The notes under the pieces are model-generated. The model made no database searches. It was not told the origin of the DNA and was given only the letters and a program-made list of their open reading frames with translations. 64,000 bases of DNA from Calditrichales bacterium. Its GTDB lineage: Bacteria > Calditrichota > Calditrichia > Calditrichales > J004. The stretch spans positions 2,560,001 to 2,624,000 of the forward strand of contig OZ254086.1 in the NCBI GenBank assembly GCA_965267575.1. Reading direction: 5' to 3'. Shown one piece after another: positions 47,259 through 57,204 of the stretch. The translations under genes and the position numbers were made by a program. How positions within the stretch are numbered: the stretch's first letter is position 1; each line of letters begins with the position of its first letter.

Positions 47259-49520
47259 TCACAACTGTACCAAATATTGGAACTTGGCAAAAAACTGCTG
47301 TGATCGGTCTGCCCAGTTACCCTCAACTATCGGATAGCGGATGTCCTTACTTGAGACTTCCCGGCTACCGTGGGTCATCCCGATATAGAAAATCGTAAAG
47401 GGATTAATTTTGTAGCTGAGCAGTGGCTCGACCGAAATGCTTTCACCAAAATCGTTATACTCAAAAATCAATCTTAAGTAGAGCTCGCGTGTGAATTGGA
47501 AATTGGTGGCAATACGCGTGATATAGCCTGAAAAAATCTCCTTGCCATTGAGACTATCGAGATGAGAATGCCTGAATGAGGGTTGTATGACGAGGCGGTT
47601 GGTGGGCTTTATTGTTGCCCATAATTCAAAGTCACTGCCCTCGCCTTTAACAAGGTCGCGGCGGGCAATGCTGCGTCCCGTGCGAAAAAACATGCCCACG
47701 CTCAGCGGATCACTGAAGCGGCTGTCTATCCACAGTGCGAAACGGTTTATATCGCTGAACTCTTTTTCCATAAAACGCTCTGTGTTGAACAGATAACTCA
47801 CTTCAACATTCGTTTGTCCCTTTAGGCGCGCCCAGACGCCCGGCTGAAACCATTCATCTTTAGTGGTGCCGCTGAAATTCCACATGCGGCCTACAGAGAA
47901 GAAAGGATTGAGGCGGTCGAGCACGGGATGGTCTTCATAGTAAAATTGATAGCCTGTCCAGATGATGCCGCGGCGGTAGTTGTTCTGGGTTATGAAACCG
48001 TTGCCTGCCCTAAAAGCCGGCGAAGCCTGCCAGAAATCCAGGTCGAGGTTCCAGTGCCGTGCCGAGCGTTCAAAGCTGGCATAAATGGCATTGCCCGCGT
48101 AGTTCTCACCATCAAAACCGGCGGTTTTTTTGCCTTTATCGAAGGTTGTTGTATTAAACCCGCTGGTAAGAGACGTATCGTTGGGCTCTTCCGTGTGGCT
48201 GCTTACGGCCTGGAATTCCAACTGGTAATTATCCAGGAAGCGATAAACGGCATCCACGCTGAAGTTTGTAAAGTAACCATTGTCCAGCCGGCGGTCTGAG
48301 ATCATGGCCCCGACATAACGGCTGTCTCCGAAATTGTGCTTAAAGCGCACGATATTGGAAAGGGAACGATCGGCGCCAACAAAACGGCTGCGTTCTTCAA
48401 AAGGCAGGATGATCGGTGTATTTTCATCTACTGCACCAAGATAGGCCAGGGTACTGTTGCCCCAGCGGCCAACCACTTTGCTGGCAAACTGCGGATCGTT
48501 GATGGAGCGGGTATAAACGATGGTATGCCAGGAATCAAACAGGTCGCTGCCTTCCTGGAAAAAAGGCCGGCGTTCCGGAAAGAACAAGGCAAAAGTGGTG
48601 TTTACGTCAATCTGTGAAGCATCCGATTCCACCTGGCTAAAATCCGGGTTAAAGGTGCCCTCCACCGTTAAGCTGGGTGTAGCCGCCCATTTAAAACTGC
48701 CACCGACGTCGCCGTTAATACTGCCGTCCTTTAGCCCGGCATTCAGATTGTCCGCGTCCTTGGGCAGGTTGGCCTTGCTGGCCGTTATGTATGGCAGCAG
48801 CTCAACCGGGCTGCCTGCTTCTATGCCGCGCAGGCCGGTCACTGTTCCGTACTGGCACAAAAAGCAGGGGTCATCACGGTCGATGGCCGACCACGAATAA
48901 CGATAGCGGTGTTCGCGCGGACGGTTGCGCCAGAAGTTGATTTTCCAGTTTTGTTCCTGCACATCAGGAAAGCGCAGGCTGCTAAACGGAATAGCCATTT
49001 CCACCTGGAAGCCATTGTCGGTAATTTTTCCTTCCGACGCGTAGATCACGTCAAAGCCTTCGTCTTCACCGGACGCTGTGCTAAAGCGGGAATCGCCCTG
49101 GATACCCAGCGGATTGGCGAACAGGAAATAAGCCCAGGTGGCGTCGCCGTAGGTATCCAGCAATATGCCCACATAATCATCGCGCCAGATATTGTCACGA
49201 TCCTGCAGGCTGGCGCGCACCGCTTCGGGGTCATCCTCACAAATGAAAGCCAGGTAAAGGTTTTCATTGTCGTAAGTGATCTTTACCGTCGTGTTTACTT
49301 CAGGCTGTACCAGGTCGCCTGGATCGGTTTCGGCAAAATTGCTTACTTCTCCCGCTTCAAGCCAGGCAGGGTCATTCAGATTTCCGTCAATGTTGATTTC
49401 TTTTTGAGTAAATGGGATGTTTAAGCTGGGATCAAGGTTGGGTGAGAAGTTGTTGTTGTTGGCTTGCGCCGCGACAATAGTACAAAATAAAAGTAGAAAA
49501 ATATAACATAAGACTCTCAT
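47259..49520 (-). CDS. CBM9-like plus DUF5916 outer-membrane protein
   Basis: IDGNLNDPAW, YDNENLYLAF, EMAIPFSSLRF, NPDFSQVESD, FFPERRPFFQEG. Confidence 0.85.
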   Translation of the reverse strand: MRVLCYIFLLLFCTIVAAQANNNNFSPNLDPSLNIPFTQKEINIDGNLNDPAWLEAGEVSNFAETDPGDLVQPEVNTTVKITYDNENLYLAFICEDDPEAVRASLQDRDNIWRDDYVGILLDTYGDATWAYFLFANPLGIQGDSRFSTASGEDEGFDVIYASEGKITDNGFQVEMAIPFSSLRFPDVQEQNWKINFWRNRPREHRYRYSWSAIDRDDPCFLCQYGTVTGLRGIEAGSPVELLPYITASKANLPKDADNLNAGLKDGSINGDVGGSFKWAATPSLTVEGTFNPDFSQVESDASQIDVNTTFALFFPERRPFFQEGSDLFDSWHTIVYTRSINDPQFASKVVGRWGNSTLAYLGAVDENTPIILPFEERSRFVGADRSLSNIVRFKHNFGDSRYVGAMISDRRLDNGYFTNFSVDAVYRFLDNYQLEFQAVSSHTEEPNDTSLTSGFNTTTFDKGKKTAGFDGENYAGNAIYASFERSARHWNLDLDFWQASPAFRAGNGFITQNNYRRGIIWTGYQFYYEDHPVLDRLNPFFSVGRMWNFSGTTKDEWFQPGVWARLKGQTNVEVSYLFNTERFMEKEFSDINRFALWIDSRFSDPLSVGMFFRTGRSIARRDLVKGEGSDFELWATIKPTNRLVIQPSFRHSHLDSLNGKEIFSGYITRIATNFQFTRELYLRLIFEYNDFGESISVEPLLSYKINPFTIFYIGMTHGSREVSSKDIRYPIVEGNWADRSQQFFAKFQYLVQL

Positions 49521-49676
49521 AACTCCCCCGGGGATTTTGGATGGATATAATGGGGCTACGTCTTATATTTTGGATTGTTACAATTCCCTCCTACAGACTA
49601 TTGCCTGAAATGGTGACTTTTTTTAAAAATACCTATATTGGTGCATGCTTATTTTGACAATACACAAGGAGGCTTT

Positions 49677-51173
49677 ATGCGTCGCATGATTGTTTTGTTG
49701 CTGCTGTGTACTATTGTTCTGCCTGTTTCTCTTTTTGCCCAGGATGAGAGCGATGACGGAGGCTTTAATGTTGTAATGGGCGTTTCCGCAGGCGCCGCTG
49801 TTCTGGATGGTGAGCTTTACAATCAGATCGGCATACGCCCGCTGTTGACCGTGGGCAAGCTGGGCATCGCTTTGGATTTAAGCCTGTACCTGGATGCCGA
49901 CGGTAACATCCGCGAAGAAAACTGGGATGAACTAAGCGATCTGTATGAAAAAATCTACTTTGTGCGCTGGGGCCGTCCCGGTGATCCGCTTTATGTGCGC
50001 GTAGGCGCCATCGATAATTACCGCCTCGGCTTTGGCATCCTGATGAACCGCTATGCCAACACCGTGGAATACCCGTCGGTTATCCGCACGGGTATGGAGC
50101 TTGGACTCAACGGCGAAACAGTTGGCTTTCAGGGAATGGTTAACTCCTTTGGCGAGCTTTTTGACGGCGGCGGACTGGTGGCCGGTCGTGTGGGTTATAA
50201 AGTGATCGGCGACCTGGAAATTGGTATCAGCGCCGTTCATGACCGCAACCAGTATAAGGCGCTGGATGACAGCGATGGCGACGGCGTGCCGGATTATCTG
50301 GACGACCTACCGCAGGATGAGAACTATGCCGTGGACAGTGACGGCGATGGCGTGGCGGACGCAATCGACCCGGACCGTGACGGCGACGGATTTACCGACA
50401 ACCCGGACGCACCCTCCGTGCCCGATCCCAGCTACATCAATGATGATGACTTTGACCCAAGCAAACTAAAAGACCGCGGTTTTGATATTAACAAGGCAAA
50501 GGATAAAGAGGTAACCGCTTTTGCCGCCGATATTTCCTATCCTTTTATTAACCGTGAGCATTTTAATCTTACTGTTTACAGCCAGGTGGCAAAATTTGCC
50601 AACGACGGCGGTTGGGGCGCTACCGCACCCGGCGTAAGGGCGCGCTTTGCCTTTATCAACGCTTTTGCCGAATACCGCTTCTTTGATGAAAAATTCCTGC
50701 CCGAATACTTCAGCACGACTTATGAACTGGAGCGGGCCGTGCTGCGCGGCGATTCCATTCTTACCAAAAGGGAGATGCTGCAATCCATCAGGCAGCAGCT
50801 TAAAGGCTACGCGCTGGGCGCCGATTTCAACATTGCCGATTTTATCGTTTTTGGGGCAGAGTATCAGAATATGAGCAAAGGCGCGACCGAATTCAAAACC
50901 TTCCGGGCTAATCTGGACTTAAATGCTCAGGTCGTTCCCAAAATCAATCAGGCCGGTGCCTATTACTATAAAAACAATGCCAGTGTGGATGATATCTTCA
51001 AGCGCACCGAGGGTACGATCATGGGCTACAGGATTGGCTACGCCATTTCCCAGGGCGCCACACTGCTGATCGATTTCCGCCAGACCTTCCGTGACCGCAA
51101 CGGCGATGGTGTCATTAGCGGCGCCAACGAAACTGAAAAAACTACGCTGATACAGACAGTTTTTACCTTCTAG
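49677..51173 (+). CDS. Probable outer-membrane protein with inserted TSP3-like Ca-binding repeats
   Basis: AAGGAGG RBS, signal peptide, DSDGDGVPD/DSDGDGVAD/DRDGDG repeats, C-terminal TVFTF. Confidence 0.65.
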   Translation: MRRMIVLLLLCTIVLPVSLFAQDESDDGGFNVVMGVSAGAAVLDGELYNQIGIRPLLTVGKLGIALDLSLYLDADGNIREENWDELSDLYEKIYFVRWGRPGDPLYVRVGAIDNYRLGFGILMNRYANTVEYPSVIRTGMELGLNGETVGFQGMVNSFGELFDGGGLVAGRVGYKVIGDLEIGISAVHDRNQYKALDDSDGDGVPDYLDDLPQDENYAVDSDGDGVADAIDPDRDGDGFTDNPDAPSVPDPSYINDDDFDPSKLKDRGFDINKAKDKEVTAFAADISYPFINREHFNLTVYSQVAKFANDGGWGATAPGVRARFAFINAFAEYRFFDEKFLPEYFSTTYELERAVLRGDSILTKREMLQSIRQQLKGYALGADFNIADFIVFGAEYQNMSKGATEFKTFRANLDLNAQVVPKINQAGAYYYKNNASVDDIFKRTEGTIMGYRIGYAISQGATLLIDFRQTFRDRNGDGVISGANETEKTTLIQTVFTF

Positions 51174-51189
51174 ATTTTTCCTGCTTTTT

Positions 51190-51218
51190 GAGACCGGGCT
51201 ATGTCCCGGTCTTTTTTT
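51190..51218 (+). terminator. Intrinsic terminator
   Basis: GAGACCGGG-CTATGT-CCCGGTCTT followed by a T tract. Confidence 0.8.
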
Positions 51219-51222
51219 ATTC

Positions 51223-51238
51223 TGGCATTTCTCTTGCT
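51223..51238 (+). promoter_or_regulatory. Putative sigma-54 -24/-12 promoter
   Basis: TGGCATTTCTCTTGCT (GG-N10-GC), intergenic, upstream of the 51418 lipoprotein gene. Confidence 0.5.
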
Positions 51239-51417
51239 GTCATATTAACGGCATTTAAAATTTATGTAGTATTTTTAGACGACAGGAGCTTAGCGGCTCC
51301 GGAAAAAGTGAATCCATGTAAAATGATTTTACAGAACTTTATTAATAAAATTCTAACTTAGAAATTTCAAATTCAGACGATAAAGACAGTGTTTATTGTT
51401 TTTGTTAACAGGAGGAA

Positions 51418-52863
51418 ATGATGCGTTTATTAATGACTTTGGTTTTAGGGTTTGGCTTGTTGTTCCTGGTAAGCTGCGAAGAAAGCGGTACGGACAGCGA
51501 GGGTAATGAGCTTGAGGTAAGCGAGACCGTCCAAAACAACGCGGCGGTCGGTTTTCAGATCAATCAGTATGTGGCCACGGGCAGCGAAGTGGAAAGCTAT
51601 ACGCACCCCGACGCACCGGACGCCGGTGATGATTTCAGCGGATTTGGCCCGGGGCTGAGCACAATGCGCAACGCCAAAGAAAAGGCAATCGCCGCGCAGC
51701 AAAAGATTTACGAGCATTTGGAGCAGTTACCTGCATTATACAAGGTGAGTGCCGATTCGCTGCTTTTTGAATTCCGCGATACCACCGGTACGCGCATTTC
51801 GCGGTTGGCGTTTTATTTTGACGATGAAAGCAATCTGCTGAAAATGATTGCGGTGACCAGCAACAGCAACGCCAACGCCCGCGTGCAGTATGATTCGCTG
51901 TTTTTAAGCGTGGATGTGGGCAACGGCCTTGATGATGACAGTGATGACCGCCTGCAGGAGTTTTATAACTACCAGGAATTCCGCGAAAACTTCATCGTGC
52001 AGCGGATAGAGAGCAGCCTGACCGTCACGGCCTGGGCGATGGACGGCGAGCCGACCGGCTTTACAATGAATTCCACATCCTGGTATCGTGACAGCAGCCG
52101 TCTGGAGCGCGTTGAACGCACTTTTGTATTCAATCCCGATGAATCCGGTTCTATTACCGAAACATTTTATTTCCGCGACGGCACGACGCTGACGAATACG
52201 GTTACTTTTAATAACAACGGTACGGGCACCTTCAGCCGCGAATTCCGCAACGGTACAACAGTCAGCGGTTCTTTCAATACCGTGGAGGATGACCTGGAAG
52301 GATTTTACGCTTCCACAACAACTTTCCCGGGCAGCTTTTATTTAAGCGAGATCTACACGCTGGCTGAGGTTAGCATTGATCCGTTTATGCAGAGTTTTGT
52401 TGGCGCCTGGAGCGAGCGCATTACCTTCCGCAACGGCGCCGTGGATTCCGGGCATGTGGATATCAGTGTCTCCGTTGATAATGATACGCGCACAACCGAA
52501 CTGGACATCACGCGCATAAACGGCGCGCACGGCCGGTTGACCATCGTGGGTACGGACGACCTTTCCACCCTGAACGGCTGGTGGGTAACGTTTGATGATT
52601 ATTATGTTATGGTTACCGGCGAATACTATTTTGACGGCAGCGGATGGCTGCGTTATGAGGTCTATGAAAACGAAACGGCTTATATGAATGGCGATGAACC
52701 GGTCATGATTGCCGAGTACAACTTCACCGCTGATGGCGGCGCCATAGGTACGATTACATCCAACGGCGAAACCTACGATGTGGAGCTGGATGCCACAGGC
52801 CAGGGCACATTGATTGGCCAGGCCGGAAGAAAGACCATAAACTTGTATCGAAATAACAACTAG
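51418..52863 (+). CDS. Hypothetical beta-rich lipoprotein
   Basis: AGGAGG RBS, lipobox LVSC, repetitive beta-hairpin-like segments. Confidence 0.7.
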   Translation: MMRLLMTLVLGFGLLFLVSCEESGTDSEGNELEVSETVQNNAAVGFQINQYVATGSEVESYTHPDAPDAGDDFSGFGPGLSTMRNAKEKAIAAQQKIYEHLEQLPALYKVSADSLLFEFRDTTGTRISRLAFYFDDESNLLKMIAVTSNSNANARVQYDSLFLSVDVGNGLDDDSDDRLQEFYNYQEFRENFIVQRIESSLTVTAWAMDGEPTGFTMNSTSWYRDSSRLERVERTFVFNPDESGSITETFYFRDGTTLTNTVTFNNNGTGTFSREFRNGTTVSGSFNTVEDDLEGFYASTTTFPGSFYLSEIYTLAEVSIDPFMQSFVGAWSERITFRNGAVDSGHVDISVSVDNDTRTTELDITRINGAHGRLTIVGTDDLSTLNGWWVTFDDYYVMVTGEYYFDGSGWLRYEVYENETAYMNGDEPVMIAEYNFTADGGAIGTITSNGETYDVELDATGQGTLIGQAGRKTINLYRNNN

Positions 52864-52874
52864 ATAGAAGATTC

Positions 52875-52903
52875 AAAGCCCCGGTGATGAGCCGGGGCTT
52901 TTT
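52875..52903. terminator. Intrinsic terminator
   Basis: AAAGCCCCGG-TGATGAG-CCGGGGCTTTTT. Confidence 0.8.
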
Positions 52904-52919
52904 AGTTCTGAAAGTAGCG

Positions 52920-53105
52920 GTCCGGTGGTCTTGAAGTCTTGGAGTCTTGTGGTTAGGAAGTCGTTTTGAAAGAATGCAAAAATGTGAGAATGAGAAGGAG
53001 AAAGAGAAAGAATAAGAACAAGATAACAGACACTTGCGATATCAAAATATCCTGACCTCCCGGCCTCAAGACCTCAAGACGTCAATACTCCAGGACTTCC
53101 GGACC
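52920..53105. repeat. Degenerate short tandem repeat arrays
   Basis: GTCTTG(A/G)A-type octamers, GAGAA(A/G/T) hexamers, then the complementary TCAAGAC-type octamers. Confidence 0.6.
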
Positions 53106-53111
53106 GGCCTA

Positions 53112-53954
53112 TCAACCGGCGAGCTTCTCTTTTCCTACTCCGGCCCGTTCCGACTCATACAACAGCAACGCCTTCTTGCGCGTGCTGCCCCAGTGATAAT
53201 CGCCAAACAGGCCCATCTCCCGGATAACGCGGTGGCAGGGGATCAGGTAGCTGACCGGGTTGGCCCCGACGGCGCTGCCCACGGCGCGGCCGGCACCGGG
53301 CTTGCCGATCATTTTGGCGATATCGCCGTAGCTGGCCACACAGCCCTCCGGTATCCTCAGCAATGCTTCCCATACCTTGATCTGGAAATTGGTACCTTTT
53401 ATGAATAGCAGCAGGGGTTGGGCGTTTTCCCTTTCAAAAATGCCCTTATGGATATCTGCCGTAGCCTTGTCATTACGCAGCAGGCGGGCCAACGGGTAAC
53501 GCGAGGCCACATCGGCCATAAGCTCATCCGCATCACCAAAACCCAGATAGCAAATGCCGCGATCGGTCAGTGCCAGCAGGGCTTTTCCAAAGGGCGTATC
53601 ATGAGCGCCGCAGGTAATTGTCATCCCCGCACCCATCTTCTTATATTCTCCGGGGGTGACAGCATCGATCTGCACAAAAAGGTCATGCAACCGGCCGGGA
53701 CTGGAAAGCCCGCTGTCGTAGGTGGCGTCCAAAACTGAGCGTGAGCGACGCAACAGCTCACGGGCATGACGGGCAGTCAAAAACTGTAGAAACCTCTTTG
53801 GGCTGATGCCGACCCACTCCCTAAAAACGCGCTGCAGGTGAAAAGGACTCACATCAAGACGGGCGGCGATTTTATCAAGGCCCGGTTGTTGCAGGTGTTG
53901 CTGTTCAATAAACTGCAAGGCCTGTTCAATCAGATAATAGTGTGTGTTTGGCAT
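53112..53954 (-). CDS. Ada-like bifunctional AraC HTH / O6-methylguanine-DNA methyltransferase
   Basis: SPFHLQRVFREWVGISPKRF, GTNFQIKVWEAL, RAVGSAVGANP, IPCHRV. Confidence 0.9.
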   Translation of the reverse strand: MPNTHYYLIEQALQFIEQQHLQQPGLDKIAARLDVSPFHLQRVFREWVGISPKRFLQFLTARHARELLRRSRSVLDATYDSGLSSPGRLHDLFVQIDAVTPGEYKKMGAGMTITCGAHDTPFGKALLALTDRGICYLGFGDADELMADVASRYPLARLLRNDKATADIHKGIFERENAQPLLLFIKGTNFQIKVWEALLRIPEGCVASYGDIAKMIGKPGAGRAVGSAVGANPVSYLIPCHRVIREMGLFGDYHWGSTRKKALLLYESERAGVGKEKLAG

Positions 53955-54003
53955 GGCACGATCCTTATTTTCGAAAATAATACGTTTCCGCCGAAAAGAA
54001 AAC

Positions 54004-54018
54004 CACCCGATTCTTGCG
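54004..54018. promoter_or_regulatory. Possible Ada-type regulatory box
   Basis: CACCCGATTCTTGCG about 50 bp upstream of the ada-like gene; resembles a motif I associate with this gene family (recalled, not verified). Confidence 0.35.
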
Positions 54019-54061
54019 GGTATGAAACAGTTTGAACCTTTCATTTAAAAGAGGAGGTGCT

Positions 54062-54457
54062 ATGAATAAGCTGCTTTATTCATTAATGCTCGTTTTTATT
54101 TTTTCGGCGATTGCCTTTGCGCAGCAGGAAGCTTCCATGCTGTCCGTATCGGAAATGGTCGTATGCACGGCCGTTGAGGAACGTCAGCCGGTTGGTGCGG
54201 ATACGGCTTTTGCCGACACGGTGGGTCAGGTTTACTGCTATACGGCGCTCAGCGGAGGGCAGGATACCACTGCGGTTGCTCATGTCTGGTATCACGGCGA
54301 TGAGGAGAAGGCACGCGTTAACCTGAATGTGCGCGGCAGTTCCTGGCGTACGTGGAGCTCCAAGCGCATTGCTCCGGAATGGACCGGCGCCTGGCGCGTT
54401 GATGTTGTGGATGCCGCCGGTAACGTATTGGCCAGCCGCAACTTCACGATCCGCTAG
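54062..54457 (+). CDS. DUF2914 domain secreted protein
   Basis: AGGAGG RBS; CTAVEERQPVG, HVWYH, WRTWSSKRI, GAWRVDVVD. Confidence 0.85.
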   Translation: MNKLLYSLMLVFIFSAIAFAQQEASMLSVSEMVVCTAVEERQPVGADTAFADTVGQVYCYTALSGGQDTTAVAHVWYHGDEEKARVNLNVRGSSWRTWSSKRIAPEWTGAWRVDVVDAAGNVLASRNFTIR

Positions 54458-54461
54458 AAAT

Positions 54462-54495
54462 AAAAAAAGCGATCCTTTGGCGGGATCGCTTTTTT
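54462..54495. terminator. Bidirectional intrinsic terminator
   Basis: AAAAAAAGCGATCC..GGATCGCTTTTTT. Confidence 0.8.
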
Positions 54496-54521
54496 GTTTT
54501 TTTGGTAATGCTTTTAACCTG

Positions 54522-55352
54522 CTATACGCTCTGCGGCTCAGCCGCCTCATGCGCGGTCTTAACGATCATATCCCAATAGCCCAGGGCGCCAAGTATCGCC
54601 AGATTGACAAACAGTAAAGGCGCAAATATTGGCGCGCCATAAAGAAAATTGTCAAAAAACGTCGATGGGCCGGTCAGGTCAGCCACAAGGTGCAGGATAA
54701 ATCCCAATCCGCCAACAGCGGCCTGCAGCACCATCATGTATTGACATTGGCGCAAAAAGGAGATTTGGTTTTTACCCCACAGGCTTACCAGCATAAAACC
54801 GACGGCCAGGGCAGACGAGAAGACCGGTATCCACTCGGCGGCAACAAAAAATCCGTTCTGCGCGTGGTCAGCCAGCGACAAAACGAAATTGCCGATAAAG
54901 CCGCCCCAGGCCAGAAAGACAATCCACCAGCCCCAGGCATATTCATCTTCGCCAACCATGCGGTTCAGCAGCAGCAGAAAACCTATGCCGGCAAAGGCCA
55001 GAGGCGCGGCAAACGGCGCCGTGTAAACCAGGCTCTTCAGGCTCATCACCTGGAAAAACTGGCTTTCCAGATGCAGGAACATGCCCCATACACCCACGAT
55101 AATGGAGGCCCAGCCGACAAGAAAAGAAGCGAGACGTCCCGCGCCGTGGTTAAGATCAAGCTTTTGCAAAAATAGCATAACCGTTAGTATTAACGCGCCG
55201 ATGGCAGAAAAAATAACCGGTACCCACGTTTCCCAGCTGTGGAATTCTTCAATCGAATGGGCGATATAAACATCCAGAACGAGGAATGCCAGATTGATGA
55301 TGATAAAAACGTCCAGCAACAGAGCGCGTTTTTCGTACCACTTAGTTAGCAT
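54522..55352 (-). CDS. Polytopic membrane partner of the multiheme cytochrome
   Basis: Internally duplicated 4-TM halves with His residues (IAHS..FLHL..APFAAP / DHAQ..ILHL..APIFAP); overlaps the upstream gene. Confidence 0.7.
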   Translation of the reverse strand: MLTKWYEKRALLLDVFIIINLAFLVLDVYIAHSIEEFHSWETWVPVIFSAIGALILTVMLFLQKLDLNHGAGRLASFLVGWASIIVGVWGMFLHLESQFFQVMSLKSLVYTAPFAAPLAFAGIGFLLLLNRMVGEDEYAWGWWIVFLAWGGFIGNFVLSLADHAQNGFFVAAEWIPVFSSALAVGFMLVSLWGKNQISFLRQCQYMMVLQAAVGGLGFILHLVADLTGPSTFFDNFLYGAPIFAPLLFVNLAILGALGYWDMIVKTAHEAAEPQSV

Positions 55353-56577
55353 GGCTTCCGCTCCTCAGCTCGGCGGCCATCTCTTCCATTTCGATCATCT
55401 TGTACAGCAGCTCGTAATTGCCGTGCCACTGTGTATAATCCGCACCGCCCATAAACGCGCCATGCTTGGCCGTACGACCGAAATAGTGCCAGAAATCGAA
55501 ATAGAGAAAATCCATCGGCTCGTCGAAAGGCTGCTTGGTTAACAAGCCTTCTTTTTGAAGCTGGGCGTAAAGATCGGCGCCTTTTTTAACTTTTTCATTG
55601 GTTGCCAGGACCACGGCCTCCGCTTTGCGATAAAACTCATCCGTGTGTTCCTGGGTATGGCACTTCATGCACAATTCTTTCATCTCGGCCTGCGCCCCAG
55701 CGTAGTTGGGACGTTTGTCAGAAACTTCGGCATAGAGATACCATGAGAGACGCTCGCTCAGGTCGTGCGTTACTTTCATGCCTTCAAGGCCGCTCATGTG
55801 GCAGGTGGCGCAGTTGGGCGCGAAGATGTCTTCCACTTTAAGCTCTTTGGGGTCGGCGTCCATGTTCATGCGGTCTTTGGTGGCGTGGTAAATGGCGCCG
55901 TGTTTGGATTGGTTGAAAATTTCGATCTGCGAGTGATCGGGCCCCAGGTGGCATTGTCCGCAGGTTTGCGGCTGGCGGGCGAGGGCAATGGAGGCCAGGT
56001 GGCGCGAGTGGCATTCGGTACAGTTGCCGATGGAACCGTCGGCATTGGGCTTGCCGATGGAGTGGCAGCCTTCGCAGCCGGCTACCGTCGCGGCTTCACC
56101 TTCCAGGATGGCCAGCGCGTTTGCAGGTCGTTTTACAGTGCCCGGGTGAAATTTCTCGGCGTGTTCGATCTGCTCTTCGGTAAAAGGCTCGCTGCCACGT
56201 ACGGCGGCAAAGGCCGGGGCAGCATGGCGGCTGCGGTTAAACTGCTGGTACTCGGTTTGATGGCATTGCTTGCAGTTGCCCGAGGTTACATCGGTGGTAA
56301 TCGTAAATCCGCGGTGATCCAGGCTTTCCTGTCCTTCCAACGGCCGGTGGCAATCGATGCAGTTTACACCGGCGGCAGAGTGGGCGCTTTGTTCAAATTC
56401 CACCACAATGGCGGCCGTTTCCGCGCGGTGACATTCGGCGCATTTGCCGCTCGCTTTTACAAATTCGGCAGTAGGCTCATTGGTGTCCACGGCCGGTCGT
56501 TGAAGGTTTAAAACAATCGCCGCAACTATTAAAGACACGCCGATGAATACGGAAATAAATACGGATTTAAAAGACAT
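55342..56577 (-). CDS. Octaheme cytochrome c of the hydroxylamine oxidoreductase (HAO)-like family
   Basis: Eight CxxCH motifs (CAECH, CIDCH, CKQCH, CEGCH, CTECH, CGQCH, CATCH, CMKCH), GPDH, SKHG, GAFMGGADYTQWHG; N-terminal TM anchor. Confidence 0.85.
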   Translation of the reverse strand: MSFKSVFISVFIGVSLIVAAIVLNLQRPAVDTNEPTAEFVKASGKCAECHRAETAAIVVEFEQSAHSAAGVNCIDCHRPLEGQESLDHRGFTITTDVTSGNCKQCHQTEYQQFNRSRHAAPAFAAVRGSEPFTEEQIEHAEKFHPGTVKRPANALAILEGEAATVAGCEGCHSIGKPNADGSIGNCTECHSRHLASIALARQPQTCGQCHLGPDHSQIEIFNQSKHGAIYHATKDRMNMDADPKELKVEDIFAPNCATCHMSGLEGMKVTHDLSERLSWYLYAEVSDKRPNYAGAQAEMKELCMKCHTQEHTDEFYRKAEAVVLATNEKVKKGADLYAQLQKEGLLTKQPFDEPMDFLYFDFWHYFGRTAKHGAFMGGADYTQWHGNYELLYKMIEMEEMAAELRSGSHAN

Positions 56578-56654
56578 CAGGCCTCCCAAGGTTTTAAAAG
56601 TAATTTTGCAACCGGTAAAATTACCAGAAATATTGAAAGGTGCAACTTAATGAG

Positions 56655-57098
56655 TTAACCTTTTGCGTTTTCAAGATAGCTTTTTATTGCATCAAGATCA
56701 TTTTCCAAAGTTTTTACCAAAATGGATTCCCCGGCTTTTAACATCATCCGGGCCATAAAGCCGTTGGGCTTCATGTTCAGGGTAAGTTGCAGCGTACTTG
56801 CGTTTTCAGCCGGCCTGATTTCAAATATGGAAGTCACATCAATATCCTGGATTGATGCCTTTACCACCAGGCGTTCGTGTGGCTGCCATTCGCTTACTGC
56901 AAGTTCTTCCGTCACTTCCTTGCCGCCTATACGGCGTGTTTCTTTAAAGCGTGTGCCGCGGCCCTGGCGTTGTTCGGTTAAAAATTCCACGGCCGTAATC
57001 GTATCAATGATTTGCGGTGCTTTTTCAAAATCCGCGATGGCGCTGAAAACCTGCTCTGGCGTCGAATTGATGGTGCGCTGCAACCGGATCGGGTCCAT
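56655..57098 (-). CDS. SRPBCC/polyketide-cyclase-like protein
   Basis: TINSTPEQVFSAIAD, GRGTRFKETR, C-terminal helix ENDLDAIKSYLE. Confidence 0.8.
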   Translation of the reverse strand: MDPIRLQRTINSTPEQVFSAIADFEKAPQIIDTITAVEFLTEQRQGRGTRFKETRRIGGKEVTEELAVSEWQPHERLVVKASIQDIDVTSIFEIRPAENASTLQLTLNMKPNGFMARMMLKAGESILVKTLENDLDAIKSYLENAKG

Positions 57099-57204
57099 AG
57101 CTGTTCCTCTATTGGCTTGTAAAATCAGGAATATGAAGTATGCACCTGGCTGGCAATAATTGATATTAAAAAATTAACATTAGGATGCAAGTCTAGCAGG
57201 CCGC

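Noticed and set aside
53954..53969. TGGCACGATCCTTAT as a sigma-54 promoter for the DUF2914 gene
   Set aside because: The -12 element lacks the conserved G, and the site coincides with the start/RBS region of the ada-like gene on the other strand
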